Shown here one piece after another: positions 27,708-38,319 of a stretch of 64,000 bases of DNA (its first letter is position 1; each line of letters begins with the position of its first letter). The stretch covers positions 6,272-70,271 of the forward strand of contig CAYMAV010000001.1 of assembly GCA_964388545.1 (NCBI GenBank), given 5' to 3'. Both the position numbers and the translations under genes were made by a program. The notes under the pieces were generated by a model. That model was not told where the DNA came from, did not search any database, and saw only the letters and a program-made list of their open reading frames with translations. The stretch is from an uncultured Clostridium sp. GTDB taxonomy: Bacteria > Bacillota_I > Bacilli_A > RF39 > UBA660.

Positions 27708-29126
27708 TTAATTTTTAGATAACAAATCTACTATTATTTCATTTACTTTTTCTGGATTAGCATTGGACTTAACCATCTTCATTGCCTGTCCCATTAAATA
27801 TTTAATAGCTCTTTCGTTACCCTCTTTATATTCTTTGACGCTTTTTTCGTTTTCACTTAAAACTTGATTTATAATTTCTACAAGTTCATCATCAGACATT
27901 TCTTTTATATTATTCTTTTCTAATATTTGATCTACGGATAAATCTGTTTCCATAACCTCATCAATTATATCTTTAAATATCTTATTATTTATTTTCTTTT
28001 CTTCTAGATATTTAACTATCGTATCAAATTTTTCATCACTACATTTTGTATCTTCTAGATTTAATCCTGTTTTATTTAGATAATTTGCAATATCACCCAA
28101 CAAAAGATTACTTGCTATTACTAAATTTACCTTTCTATTTAAAAGATAATCAGATATTTTCCTATTTTGAATAATTTTTTCAACATTAATTGGCAAAATG
28201 CCACTATCTAAATAGGTTTTTCTTCTTTCATCAGCTGTTGGCGGGATATCTTTTTTAACCTCATTAATATATTCATCAGTTAATACAAGCATTGGGATAT
28301 CAGGCTCCGGAAGATAACGATAATCATTTCCTGTTTCTTTAACTCTCATCAAAATAGTTTTATTTTCCTTATCATCAAATCTTCTTGTTTCTTCTTTTAA
28401 TATTTCACCTTTTTCAAGTAATTCGATTTGTCTTTTCTTTTCTATTTCAATTGCAAGGCCAACATTAGAAATTGACCCGATGTTTTTTACCTCTATTTTG
28501 GTACCCCATTTATCTGTTTTACTAACTGATACATTACAGTCACATCTCATGCTTCCTTCTTCAATCTTACAATCAGAAATATCCGCATATAGCATTATTT
28601 CTCTTAGTTTTTCTAAGTATAAAATTGCCTCTTCACTTGATGCAATATCCGCCTCACTTACAATTTCTATAAGAGGAACCCCTGCTCTATTATAATCAAG
28701 TAAAGAACTATCGTCACTATGAATACTTTTCGCGGTATCTTCTTCCATATGAATATCGTGAATTCTAATCTTTTTTTCTTTACCTTCTAAATTTATCATT
28801 AGATATCCATTTACTCCGATAGGCGTTTTGTCTTGGGTAATTTGAAAGTTTTTAGGGTTATCTGGATAAAAGTAATTTTTACGATCAAAATGCATTTCTT
28901 TATTAATTTCACAATTAAGCAAAATAGCAGCTTTTAAGGCAAGTTCTACTCCCTTTTTATTAATAGTAGGGAGTGCTCCTGGATAACCTAAATCAACAAC
29001 ATTTGTTAATGTATTAGCCATCTTACCATATTGATTAAGACTACTTGAAAACATCTTTGTATTAGTTTTTAATTCTAAATGAACCTCTGTTCCAACCGTT
29101 ACTTTATAATTATTCATTTTTATCAC
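27708..29126 (-). CDS. gatB: Asp-tRNA(Asn)/Glu-tRNA(Gln) amidotransferase subunit B
   Basis: VGTEVHLELKTNTKMF and GYPGALP motifs. 472 aa. Confidence 0.9.
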   Translation of the reverse strand: MIKMNNYKVTVGTEVHLELKTNTKMFSSSLNQYGKMANTLTNVVDLGYPGALPTINKKGVELALKAAILLNCEINKEMHFDRKNYFYPDNPKNFQITQDKTPIGVNGYLMINLEGKEKKIRIHDIHMEEDTAKSIHSDDSSLLDYNRAGVPLIEIVSEADIASSEEAILYLEKLREIMLYADISDCKIEEGSMRCDCNVSVSKTDKWGTKIEVKNIGSISNVGLAIEIEKKRQIELLEKGEILKEETRRFDDKENKTILMRVKETGNDYRYLPEPDIPMLVLTDEYINEVKKDIPPTADERRKTYLDSGILPINVEKIIQNRKISDYLLNRKVNLVIASNLLLGDIANYLNKTGLNLEDTKCSDEKFDTIVKYLEEKKINNKIFKDIIDEVMETDLSVDQILEKNNIKEMSDDELVEIINQVLSENEKSVKEYKEGNERAIKYLMGQAMKMVKSNANPEKVNEIIVDLLSKN

Positions 29127-30561
29127 CCTTTGGATTTAAATCTAAATCTAATTCTTTTTCAATATCAGCTGCTAATTGATATATAGTCTTTTCATCAAAT
29201 TTTCTAGAAACAATTTGCATTCCAATAGGAAGTCCATTTGAAAATCCGATTGGAAGACTTAGTCCTGGAAGAGCTGCTATATTAACAAAATTAGTTAAAG
29301 CATCATCCATAAAAGTCTTTCGAGGATCCTCCTCTTCTAATCTTATATCTCTTGCAATCTCCGTTGTTGTTGGAGAAATAATTAAATCGAATTTTTCAAA
29401 AACATTATCAATTTCTTTAACTAAGCCCTTTCTTATCTTTAAGGCTTTATCATAATATTCTTTAGCATTATCTCCACTTAATAAGAAAGATCCTACCATT
29501 ATTCTTCTTTTTACTTCCTCACCAAAGCCTTCTCTTCTTGTTTTCATATATAACTCTTCTAGTGTTTTAACATCACTGGCTGAATATCCATATTTAATTC
29601 CATCAAATCTTGCTAAATTGCTGCTAGCTTCTGATAGTGCTATTATTTCATATAAGGTAACCGCATTTTCCAAATATTTTATATTTACATATTCTATTTT
29701 GCATCCTTTATCCCTTAAATATTCTATAACATTATCAAACTTTTCTCTAATTTCTTTATCTACGATATCACTAACAAATAAACTAGGAATTGCAATTTTT
29801 AAACCTTTTATATCTTTTCCTATTAAACTAGTGAAGTCTTCATTAGTTTCAGCACTCGTTAAATCTTTTTTATCTTTTTTAGAAATCACATTTAATAAAA
29901 GTGCATTCTCATAAACATTTCTTGAAAAAACACCAACTTGATCAAGACTTGATGCAAAAGCGATAACTCCATATCGAGAAACTCTTCCATAAGTAGGCTT
30001 CATTCCAACGACCCCACAATGGGCAGCTGGCTGTCTTACCGAACCTCCTGTATCTGTTCCTAGCGCTAATGGGGCAAATCGATTAGAAACACTTGATGCA
30101 CTTCCTCCACTAGAACCACCTGTTATTTTTTCTTCGTTCCATGGATTTAATGGAGGTCCAAAATAGCTAGATTTACTATCTCCTCCCATAGCAAATTCAC
30201 TCATATTAGTCTTACCAATAATAATCATATTTTTATCATTTGTAAGCTCTATTACTGTCGCATCATAAATAGGAGTAAATTCTTCCAACATCTTACTAGC
30301 TGCGGTTGTTTTTAATCCCTTTGTACAAATATTATCTTTAATTGCTATTGGAATACCAAAAAGAAAATTATCTACTTCTTTTTCTTCTAGTTCCTTAGCT
30401 TTCTTTAATGCTTCTTCTTTATTTAGTGTTATAAAAGCATTTAGTTTGGTATCCTCTTCTATTCTTTTAAAAGATTCCTCTACTAAGTCAATCGGCTTAA
30501 TTTTTTTGTCCTTTAATAGTTTATTTATCTCAACTATATTTAAATCTAAATATTTACTCAT
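29110..30561 (-). CDS. gatA: Glutamyl-tRNA(Gln) amidotransferase subunit A
   Basis: Amidase signature GGSSGGSASSV. GIPIAIKDNI. Confidence 0.9.
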   Translation of the reverse strand: MSKYLDLNIVEINKLLKDKKIKPIDLVEESFKRIEEDTKLNAFITLNKEEALKKAKELEEKEVDNFLFGIPIAIKDNICTKGLKTTAASKMLEEFTPIYDATVIELTNDKNMIIIGKTNMSEFAMGGDSKSSYFGPPLNPWNEEKITGGSSGGSASSVSNRFAPLALGTDTGGSVRQPAAHCGVVGMKPTYGRVSRYGVIAFASSLDQVGVFSRNVYENALLLNVISKKDKKDLTSAETNEDFTSLIGKDIKGLKIAIPSLFVSDIVDKEIREKFDNVIEYLRDKGCKIEYVNIKYLENAVTLYEIIALSEASSNLARFDGIKYGYSASDVKTLEELYMKTRREGFGEEVKRRIMVGSFLLSGDNAKEYYDKALKIRKGLVKEIDNVFEKFDLIISPTTTEIARDIRLEEEDPRKTFMDDALTNFVNIAALPGLSLPIGFSNGLPIGMQIVSRKFDEKTIYQLAADIEKELDLDLNPKGDKNE

Positions 30562-30844
30562 TAAGCATCACCGGTACTTCCACAAAATTTCCTTTAGAAT
30601 TTGGAACATTTAACAGTACTTCTTTATAAGATAACATTTCCGCCTCTTTATCTTCTCTAAGAATTGTCTCATGTTCAACTGGAGCAATTAATATTTCTTC
30701 ATCGCAATCAATATCTTTTATCTTAGATACATCATCTAATATTTTTGCTAAATTTTCTCTATATTTTTCTACTTCTTCATCAGTTAAATATATTTTTGCA
30801 AGATTTGCTATATGTTTAACCTTATCATAAGATAATTTATCCAT
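30554..30844 (-). CDS. gatC: Glutamyl-tRNA(Gln) amidotransferase subunit C
   Basis: 96 aa. Overlaps gatA by 8 bp. Confidence 0.85.
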   Translation of the reverse strand: MDKLSYDKVKHIANLAKIYLTDEEVEKYRENLAKILDDVSKIKDIDCDEEILIAPVEHETILREDKEAEMLSYKEVLLNVPNSKGNFVEVPVMLNE

Positions 30845-30857
30845 AAATCCTCCATTT

Positions 30858-30885
30858 ATCTATTTAATAGTATAACATAATATTG
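30858..30885 (-). promoter_or_regulatory. Putative extended -10 promoter for gatCAB
   Basis: On minus: TTTAAA...TGTTATACT upstream of RBS GGAGG and the gatC ATG. Confidence 0.3.
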
Positions 30886-30896
30886 TTTAAATGAAT

Positions 30897-30935
30897 TAAA
30901 AAATCAGTTCAATTAGAACTGACTTTTTTATATTC
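30897..30935. terminator. Bidirectional hairpin terminator
   Basis: AAAAAATCAGTTC / GAACTGACTTTTTT imperfect stem with flanking A and T runs. Confidence 0.4.
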
Positions 30936-30942
30936 TTACATA

Positions 30943-31521
30943 CTATGCTTTTACTTTTGTTTTTACTTTTTCGCTTGAATGTGTATTCATAACTTGAGTT
31001 TGTGATTTTTTATGGTTTTCCATTTTAATTCTTATTTCTTCAGGTGAATCGAAATAATCATATACGATTCCATCATTGTCATCTACTATTAATTGGTTTT
31101 CTGCAACATCCCTTGCTCTATCATATGAATCAGGACCTGATATAATAAGGTCATCTTTGTTAAACGAAATTCCTGCTCCATATTCGTCTACTACTAAGAA
31201 TACAAAATTTTCAAGAGAAACTGTATGGTGATTTCCTTCGCTATGCCCCAAAATTTTTCTTGTAAAACTTTGCATATCATAAAAAGGTATTAACATAGCT
31301 CCCTCTTCGGTATATTCAACTGCTGTCCCCATTAGACTTCTTTCTTCCATAGCCTTTACTACTTTAGCATTTGATATTTCATTATCATCTATTGAATATG
31401 TTGCAAATATAGCAATCATCACTCCAGAGGATGCAAGAAAACCTGCTACTACTCCGCCAATAGCAACCTTTTTAAGTACACTTTTAACTTTAGATGTTTT
31501 TGTTCCATTTGTCTCTTCCAT
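30943..31521 (-). CDS. Hypothetical membrane-anchored protein
   Basis: TM helix VAIGGVVAGFLASSGVMIAIFA followed by a soluble domain. Confidence 0.5.
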   Translation of the reverse strand: MEETNGTKTSKVKSVLKKVAIGGVVAGFLASSGVMIAIFATYSIDDNEISNAKVVKAMEERSLMGTAVEYTEEGAMLIPFYDMQSFTRKILGHSEGNHHTVSLENFVFLVVDEYGAGISFNKDDLIISGPDSYDRARDVAENQLIVDDNDGIVYDYFDSPEEIRIKMENHKKSQTQVMNTHSSEKVKTKVKA

Positions 31522-31572
31522 TTGATATTCCCTCTTTAATTAATTTGCTATTATACCACATTTTTGAAGAAA

Positions 31573-32307
31573 TCAATAAATAACTTCTTTTAGATATAAG
31601 CCTTCTGGTTTGGTAATAGTAACATATTTAACATATTTTTCATCTTTTAATATATTATCTATCATTTCTGGTTCTATCTTACCATTACCTACTCTAATTA
31701 AAGTTCCTACCATATACCTTACTTGATACTTCATAAATCCATTCCCAACAAAGGTAAATATTAACTTATCATTATCTTTCTTGATATAGGCCTCATATAT
31801 TTCTCTAACATAGGAATCTCTTTTATCTTCACCAGATACAAAAGCTTTAAAGTCATGCTCTCCAATTAGATATTTAATAGCTATATTAATCTTATCAATA
31901 CCTAATTTCCTATTATATTGATAAACATAGTTTCTTTCTAAAGGATTATATTCTCCCATATTAATTACATATTCATAAGTCTTTTTCTTAACATCAAATC
32001 TAGCATTAAAATTATCATCAACTACTCTAGCAGTTTTAACATAAATATCATTAGGAAGATAAGTATTTAAAGCTTTAACCAGCTTTTTTTCATTTATATC
32101 TACCTCAATATTAAAATGAGCGGTCTGATTAATCGCGTGAACACCACGATCGGTTCTACCTGATGCATAAACCTTTGTTTTTTTATTATTAATTTTAGAT
32201 AAAGCTTCCTCTAGACAATTCTCAACCGTCCTTTTATGAGGTTGGCTTTGATAGCCATTAAAATCAGTTCCATCATAAGAAAATGAAATTAAATATCTCA
32301 TAGACAC
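31573..32307 (-). CDS. truA: tRNA pseudouridine(38-40) synthase
   Basis: SFSYDGTDFNGYQSQ and GRTDRGVHA motifs. Confidence 0.9.
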   Translation of the reverse strand: MSMRYLISFSYDGTDFNGYQSQPHKRTVENCLEEALSKINNKKTKVYASGRTDRGVHAINQTAHFNIEVDINEKKLVKALNTYLPNDIYVKTARVVDDNFNARFDVKKKTYEYVINMGEYNPLERNYVYQYNRKLGIDKINIAIKYLIGEHDFKAFVSGEDKRDSYVREIYEAYIKKDNDKLIFTFVGNGFMKYQVRYMVGTLIRVGNGKIEPEMIDNILKDEKYVKYVTITKPEGLYLKEVIY

Positions 32308-32309
32308 CC

Positions 32310-32897
32310 CTAAACTATAATAATTATTATAAATAATACTATTGATAAAAGAAGTATTAAATAATCAATTTTTTCCCATCTTGATTCATAATGATTATTA
32401 TTAACAACTCTAAAACCAAAAAATCTAATTCTAGATTGAAGGTAATTTCTTTCTAGGTCTTTTCTTAATTTTTTTTCGATTTCTACTTCTTTTTCATAAT
32501 TTAAATCCACATTATTCTTTATATTAGTTAGGGCATAGTTATAATTTTTTTCATAGAATTGACCTCTTCTATTATTATTGTTCCTTGGATAATACTTATT
32601 TTTTAAATAATGTCTTTGTCTAATAGAAAGATATATAAAGAAAATATATATTATAATAATAATTAAAAATATCTTAATAATTAGATAATTTAAACTTATG
32701 CCAAAGATTAAATATAATAGCAATAAAAGAGTTAAAACAAATGCAAAAATTCTTCTATTAATAAATAAAAGGATCAGGTTTAATGAACAAAACACAAGTA
32801 AAACATAATAATTATTTGTTATTACCACGCTTATAATTGCTAATATTGCTATAATAATTTTTAAATATAAATTCATTCTATACATGTTTATATACAT
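32310..32897 (-). CDS. Hypothetical polytopic membrane protein at the position normally occupied by ecfT
   Basis: 4 hydrophobic segments plus a basic RNNNNRRGQ loop. 3-bp gap to truA. Confidence 0.45.
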   Translation of the reverse strand: MYINMYRMNLYLKIIIAILAIISVVITNNYYVLLVFCSLNLILLFINRRIFAFVLTLLLLLYLIFGISLNYLIIKIFLIIIIIYIFFIYLSIRQRHYLKNKYYPRNNNNRRGQFYEKNYNYALTNIKNNVDLNYEKEVEIEKKLRKDLERNYLQSRIRFFGFRVVNNNHYESRWEKIDYLILLLSIVLFIIIIIV

Positions 32898-33561
32898 CCT
32901 TTATTATATCTCTTACATCTTTGCTATAAAACAATTTTACATCCTTATCCTTTTTAGCCTTATAAGTTATATAAGAAAGAGTCGGAACCTCTAATTTTAA
33001 CTTTAAAAGAGTATCTACATTAGAATAAATATCTTCTGTTTTTCCATATTTTATAGTTGTTTTATTGCTTATAACAGAATAATCACCATATTTATATAAT
33101 CTATTAATATCGTCTGCTACTAGAATTACTATATATTTTTTATTGACTAAATATTTAAACATCTCAATAATCTTTTTTTCCATTGAAATATCAAAACCCT
33201 TAAAAAAATCCATAAAAACTATTATTTGGGTGTTAAATGATAAATTTCTAAATAAGTTAAGCAAAATCTTCTCCATTAAAGAAAGACTATCAATTTTTCT
33301 ATCAAGAAAACTACTATCGTAATCAAATATCTGAATTATTTCATTTACATATTCTAAATCTGGCATATCATTGTAACAAAACATCTCATTTAATACCGTA
33401 TCTGCTATAAAAAACAAATTTCTATTATCAATAACTCTTAAATCATTTTTATCACTTAAATTCTCTAGTATTATATCTTCTTCAATCGATTGAATTGTTA
33501 AAATTCCTTTGCTAATTTCAATCTTTTTACTTTTGGAACTACCTTTGATAACTAATTCCAT
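32878..33561 (-). CDS. Degenerate ABC-ATPase-like protein lacking Walker A (ecfA2 position)
   Basis: No P-loop. Residual Walker-B-like IIVFMDFF and C-terminal ILVADDIN...KYGKTEDI regions. Confidence 0.45.
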   Translation of the reverse strand: MELVIKGSSKSKKIEISKGILTIQSIEEDIILENLSDKNDLRVIDNRNLFFIADTVLNEMFCYNDMPDLEYVNEIIQIFDYDSSFLDRKIDSLSLMEKILLNLFRNLSFNTQIIVFMDFFKGFDISMEKKIIEMFKYLVNKKYIVILVADDINRLYKYGDYSVISNKTTIKYGKTEDIYSNVDTLLKLKLEVPTLSYITYKAKKDKDVKLFYSKDVRDIIKDVYKHV

Positions 33562-34361
33562 AAAGCCTCCACCACCTTATCAGGATCGTAATAGATTTTA
33601 TCTATTAAATCATAAAATCTCAGTTTCATAGATAAATCTACCATTATTGGAATTATTATTCCCATTTTTGCAAGTTCATTATCGTTTTCAATAATTCGAT
33701 CAAACATACCATTTAGAAATATTTCACCATCTCTAATTACAGTTATGTTTGTAGCATCAATTACATCTTCTAAATCGCTTGTTACAAGAATAATTGCCAT
33801 ATTATACTTTTTATTAATTTCTTTTATTATTTTCCTTATTTTAATCTTTTCATCGTTTTTTAGTAATTTATATATATCGTCTAAAAATAATAATTTTGGC
33901 TTATGAATAATGGATGCGCCTAATAAAACCTTAACCTTTTCAAAATAGGTTAATCTATTAGTATCTTTTCCTAATATTAATTTAATATCTACTAGATCCG
34001 CTACTTCTTCAACTCTTTTTTCTATTATATGATCTTCAACATTCAAATTTTCTAATGGATATTTTAATTCTTCCACTACCTTATTACAGATAAATTGATT
34101 ATCAATATCATCCAAAATTGTGGAAATTCTAACTGCAAATTTACCTAAATTCTTCTTACATACCTCAATATTATCAATATAAATTTTCCCAGAATCTACA
34201 TAGTCAATACCGCTTAATAGTCTAATAAGTGTTGTCTTACCACTATTTCCAGAAAGTAAGATGCCATTTACACTGCCTTCTTTAATAGATAAAGAAAGAT
34301 TAATAAAGAGATCTCTATCATATGATTTGTAAATATTTTCTACTTTTAATATTTTCTTCAA
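33552..34361 (-). CDS. Divergent ABC-type ATPase (ecfA1 position) with degenerate signature, Walker B Glu and H-loop
   Basis: P-loop LSGNSGKTT. Signature replaced by LTYFEKVKV. Walker B LLFLDDIY (Asp in the Glu position). H-loop VTSDL (His lost). Confidence 0.6.
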   Translation of the reverse strand: MKKILKVENIYKSYDRDLFINLSLSIKEGSVNGILLSGNSGKTTLIRLLSGIDYVDSGKIYIDNIEVCKKNLGKFAVRISTILDDIDNQFICNKVVEELKYPLENLNVEDHIIEKRVEEVADLVDIKLILGKDTNRLTYFEKVKVLLGASIIHKPKLLFLDDIYKLLKNDEKIKIRKIIKEINKKYNMAIILVTSDLEDVIDATNITVIRDGEIFLNGMFDRIIENDNELAKMGIIIPIMVDLSMKLRFYDLIDKIYYDPDKVVEALWN

Positions 34362-34429
34362 AATACATCCCCCATTTAATTAATGACTTATATTATATAA
34401 TAAAATCTAAAAAAAGAAAGTAAAATCTC

Positions 34430-35956
34430 TTACTTTTCTTTTATTAATATATCTCCAGTCATTTCACTTGGTATATCTAGTCCAAGTGTTTTTAAAATTG
34501 TTGGAGCGATATCTGCAAGTTTACCATCTCTTAAAGAAACATTTTTATCAGTTATAATACAAGGAACTTTATTTAGAGTATGAGAAGTAACTGGATTTTT
34601 ATTACTATCCCACATCATCTCACAGTTACCATGATCAGATATTACAATCATTGTATAATCTAACTCTTTAACTGCTTTTTCATATATCTTACCAATACAA
34701 TTATCAAGTGTCTCTACTGCTTTAGCTGCCGCTTCGTAATTACCAGTGTGTCCTACCATATCTCCATTTGCTAGGTTAAGAATAGTTACATCAAATTTAT
34801 CTATTTCTTCTAATAATTTATCTGTTACTTCATAAGCGCTCATTTCTGGCTTTAAATCATAAGTTGCTACCTTAGGAGATGATATTAATATTTTTTTCAT
34901 ATCATCGTATTCAACTTCTCTTCCACCGTCAAAGAAAAAAGTAACATGTGCATATTTTTCAGTCTCTGCTATTCTTAACTGACTTCTTTTATTCTTATGC
35001 AAATAATCTACTAAAAGATTTTCTAAATTTAAATCATCAAAAATATGAGGAGATTTAACAACATTTACTACTGGAAACATTGTAAGAGTCTTTAAATTTT
35101 TTATTTCTTTAAATTCTATTCCAGTATTCTTAGAAATCTCTTTTCTTAATTCATCATTAGATAGTAGTCCAAACATCTCTCTTAGGCGATCTTTTCTAAA
35201 ATTAAATGTTATAAACGCATCATTATCACTTAAAGGGGCGTTATCTATTAAAGCTGGTACAACAAACTCATCGTATACACCTTTATTATAGCTCTCTTCA
35301 ATAAGGGCCTTATAACTATTATATTTTTTCCCTTTTCCTAAGCAAATCGCATCATATGAAAGTTTAATTCTGTCATAATTATTATCGCGATCCATTCCAT
35401 AATACCTTCCCGATATAGTTGATATTTTTCCTATACCAAGCTCATTAATTTTATCGCTTAAAATATCTAAATATTTAATAGCACTTTTCTCATATGTATC
35501 TCTTCCATCTAAATATAAATCTATATATACATTATTAACATTATTTTTCTTACAAATATCCAGTAAATATAATAGATGTTCAATATGAGAATGAACTCCA
35601 CCATCAGATAATAATCCCGTTATATGTAGATTTGATTTATGTTCTTTAACATGCTTAAAAACTTCCAATAGATGATGATTTTTCTCTAAACTTTTATCGA
35701 TAATTGAATTGTTAATAGCTTCTAATGGTTGGATAATAACCCTTCCACTACCAAGATTCATATGTCCTACTTCACTTGTACCCATTTGTCCTTCTGGTAG
35801 ACCAACCGCTTGTTCACTAGCTGCAAGCTCTGAATTAGGATAATTTTTAAATAAATAATCTAAATTAGGAGTATTAGCATTTACAAAAGCATTTCCATCT
35901 TTTTCTTTTCTAATTCCAACTCCATCCATAATACAAAGCAAAACTCTTTTATGCAT
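34430..35956 (-). CDS. gpmI: 2,3-bisphosphoglycerate-independent phosphoglycerate mutase
   Basis: LLCIMDGVGIRKEKDGNAF and SEVGHMNLGSGRV motifs. 508 aa. Confidence 0.9.
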   Translation of the reverse strand: MHKRVLLCIMDGVGIRKEKDGNAFVNANTPNLDYLFKNYPNSELAASEQAVGLPEGQMGTSEVGHMNLGSGRVIIQPLEAINNSIIDKSLEKNHHLLEVFKHVKEHKSNLHITGLLSDGGVHSHIEHLLYLLDICKKNNVNNVYIDLYLDGRDTYEKSAIKYLDILSDKINELGIGKISTISGRYYGMDRDNNYDRIKLSYDAICLGKGKKYNSYKALIEESYNKGVYDEFVVPALIDNAPLSDNDAFITFNFRKDRLREMFGLLSNDELRKEISKNTGIEFKEIKNLKTLTMFPVVNVVKSPHIFDDLNLENLLVDYLHKNKRSQLRIAETEKYAHVTFFFDGGREVEYDDMKKILISSPKVATYDLKPEMSAYEVTDKLLEEIDKFDVTILNLANGDMVGHTGNYEAAAKAVETLDNCIGKIYEKAVKELDYTMIVISDHGNCEMMWDSNKNPVTSHTLNKVPCIITDKNVSLRDGKLADIAPTILKTLGLDIPSEMTGDILIKEK

Positions 35957-37172
35957 TTAAACCAGCCCTCGCTCTCGCATCTGCAATTTGATAAAATCTA
36001 TCGTCTCTTATTCTTCTTACATTATAACCTTTATATCCTTGACCAACCTCTGATCCGGCTGCCATTTGTCTTGAATTAACAGTATCCATTCTCTCAATTT
36101 GCCCATCCCAAGTATCGAGAATCAATAAATCTTCGCTTCTTAAATCAGCCGCACTCTTAACATTAGACTTAAAACCAACCACTGTAATAACATGTCGACC
36201 ACCTGGTTTTTTCCTTTTAACATCTATTGAAACAGGTCTTCCAGCTTTTAATTCCTCATATATAGCAGCAAGTGCTGCTTGTTTATTTGAAGTATCAATT
36301 CTTCTATCCCTATTATAATAAACATCTCCAGCTGCACTATGCATCTGTTGTGAAAGACTTCCACTATATTTTTCATTCATAAGCATACTCTTTGCATAGA
36401 AATGAGCTGCTGAAAAACAAGAATTTGTCGCATCAGATCCATCTTGATATATTCTGTTTTTCTGAATATAGTTAAAAAAATCAACTAATCCAAATGCTGT
36501 ATCTACAACTGAATATTCACCATAATTCAACATGTTTCCTTCTCTTCCAACTAACATATTATGAGTTAATAAATAGTTGTTTGGTTGATTAGATTTAACA
36601 TATTGAGCATTATCGTTACTTCCTACTGGTACATTAATTTTAATTTTCTCTGGTTTTAAAGAATTAATCTTTTGTATTGTCGTATCACAATCAGACACTA
36701 ATGTTTTTAATTCAGTATCAAGTTTTGATTTTTCACCAACAAGAGAATTCATTTTACTCATATAAGTAGCATAATCCGGATTATTGTTTCCCTTGCTATC
36801 TTTAGCACTTGGTTCTGGCCCTAAAGCTTTAATTTGTTCATCTATTTCCTCTAATCTTTCGTCTTTTTCTTTAAGAATTTTTAGCTTTGGAAGTAAGGTT
36901 CCAATAGCCAAAGTTACCGCCTCCACTAAAATTGTCGCTCCCTGATTTAAAACACCCATCTGAGTACTTACAATTTGCATAAATTCACTAGTTAACTGAG
37001 CCTTTCCCAATTCTATCCAAGAGGATGCATCAATACTAGAAGATAAATCCTTTATTTTTGTATGAGCACCCATCATTTCGTCTGAAACACTTTGAGCAGA
37101 AGAGGTCATATCCGTTGCTTTTTCTAATGAATCATAATATTTTTTATATTTATCCGTAAAGTACACTGCCAT
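35949..37172 (-). CDS. Hypothetical two-domain protein: helical LXG/WXG-like N-terminal region plus C-terminal papain-like (Cys/His/Asp) domain
   Basis: N-terminal helical region with SWIELGKAQL. C-terminus NSCFSAAHFYAKSM...PGGRHVITVVGFK...LLILDTWDG. The C-terminal third is unusually Ala/Gly/Arg-rich for this genome. Confidence 0.5.
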   Translation of the reverse strand: MAVYFTDKYKKYYDSLEKATDMTSSAQSVSDEMMGAHTKIKDLSSSIDASSWIELGKAQLTSEFMQIVSTQMGVLNQGATILVEAVTLAIGTLLPKLKILKEKDERLEEIDEQIKALGPEPSAKDSKGNNNPDYATYMSKMNSLVGEKSKLDTELKTLVSDCDTTIQKINSLKPEKIKINVPVGSNDNAQYVKSNQPNNYLLTHNMLVGREGNMLNYGEYSVVDTAFGLVDFFNYIQKNRIYQDGSDATNSCFSAAHFYAKSMLMNEKYSGSLSQQMHSAAGDVYYNRDRRIDTSNKQAALAAIYEELKAGRPVSIDVKRKKPGGRHVITVVGFKSNVKSAADLRSEDLLILDTWDGQIERMDTVNSRQMAAGSEVGQGYKGYNVRRIRDDRFYQIADARARAGLNA

Positions 37173-38310
37173 TTGGTCCTCCTTCTTTTACCTCAGGAAT
37201 AGTGGTTTCTGGAACTTCCTCAATAACATAATCTTCTGGTAAAAGAGTTCCTTCATCTATCTCTTCGGTTTGATTTATATCTACGCTTTGCTCCATTTTA
37301 TCATTATTTTTTGTTTGTTCTATTTCTTCAAAACCTTCACTAGGTATGAATTCATCTGGATTTACATCTGTTTTTTCTTCAGTATTGTCTGACTCATTCG
37401 TATTAGCTGTTCCTTTATTTTCTTTATCATTATTCTTTTTTATTAAATGATCAAAAGCCGAAGTCATTTCCACATCTTCTGATGTAGTAGATGGTCCTTC
37501 TTGTTTTATCTCTAACCTTTTAGCAATATAGGCCTTTATTTTATCAAACTCTTCTGCAGTAACTTTACTATTGTGAATTCCGCCTTCATATATCTTAATT
37601 AATAAATTCTTTAAAATTCCTTCATATTTAGAATCTACTAATAAATCTCCTACTGTAATATTATTTTCTTTAGCAAAGTCTATTAAAAACTCTCTTAGAA
37701 TATAAATTGTATCCTCTAATTCTATATTATCTAGTTTTTCAGAAAACAACTTATTAATTAAAGTTTTCTTTATTAGTTTTATATCTTCTTCGCTAAATTC
37801 TCCATCTAATTTTAATTGATCCTTTAATATTTTAAATAAATTAGCCGATTGTTTAGGATCAAATAATAATTCATCCAAATTAACCTTATCCTTTAAAACA
37901 TTTATATTATGTATTAAGTTCGAAAGTGCATTTTTATCAGTATTCTGTAGACTTGCAACTATTCCTTCTACAATTTGAGCTGGATTAGTAGTATCAACTG
38001 GCGGATTAACTCCACTTCCATTACCAGAACCCCAATCGTTGAATTGATTTTGATTACCCATCTCCAACTCTTGCATATTTGCTAGATGAGAAGAAATACT
38101 TTGGGCGATTAAATCTAATACACTTGATACTTGTTCGGCATTACTAACTAATATTTCAATTCCCTCAACAAAAAGTTCACAATCAGTTAATCCTTTAAAA
38201 CCACTTTTTAGCTTTTCTGTAACATTGGAGCTAACAGAGGTAGAAGCTGATTTAAACTGTGAAACAATGTTTTCTATTTCGCTAGATTGTATATTCATTT
38301 GATTTTCCAT
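37150..38310 (-). CDS. Hypothetical protein: helical N-terminal region plus acidic low-complexity C-terminus. Translationally coupled to the 35949 gene.
   Basis: 23-bp overlap with the downstream gene. GSGNGSG linker. Acidic tail EEIDEGTLLPEDYVIEEVPETTIPE. Confidence 0.5.
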   Translation of the reverse strand: MENQMNIQSSEIENIVSQFKSASTSVSSNVTEKLKSGFKGLTDCELFVEGIEILVSNAEQVSSVLDLIAQSISSHLANMQELEMGNQNQFNDWGSGNGSGVNPPVDTTNPAQIVEGIVASLQNTDKNALSNLIHNINVLKDKVNLDELLFDPKQSANLFKILKDQLKLDGEFSEEDIKLIKKTLINKLFSEKLDNIELEDTIYILREFLIDFAKENNITVGDLLVDSKYEGILKNLLIKIYEGGIHNSKVTAEEFDKIKAYIAKRLEIKQEGPSTTSEDVEMTSAFDHLIKKNNDKENKGTANTNESDNTEEKTDVNPDEFIPSEGFEEIEQTKNNDKMEQSVDINQTEEIDEGTLLPEDYVIEEVPETTIPEVKEGGPNGSVLYG

Positions 38311-38319
38311 ACTACCTCC

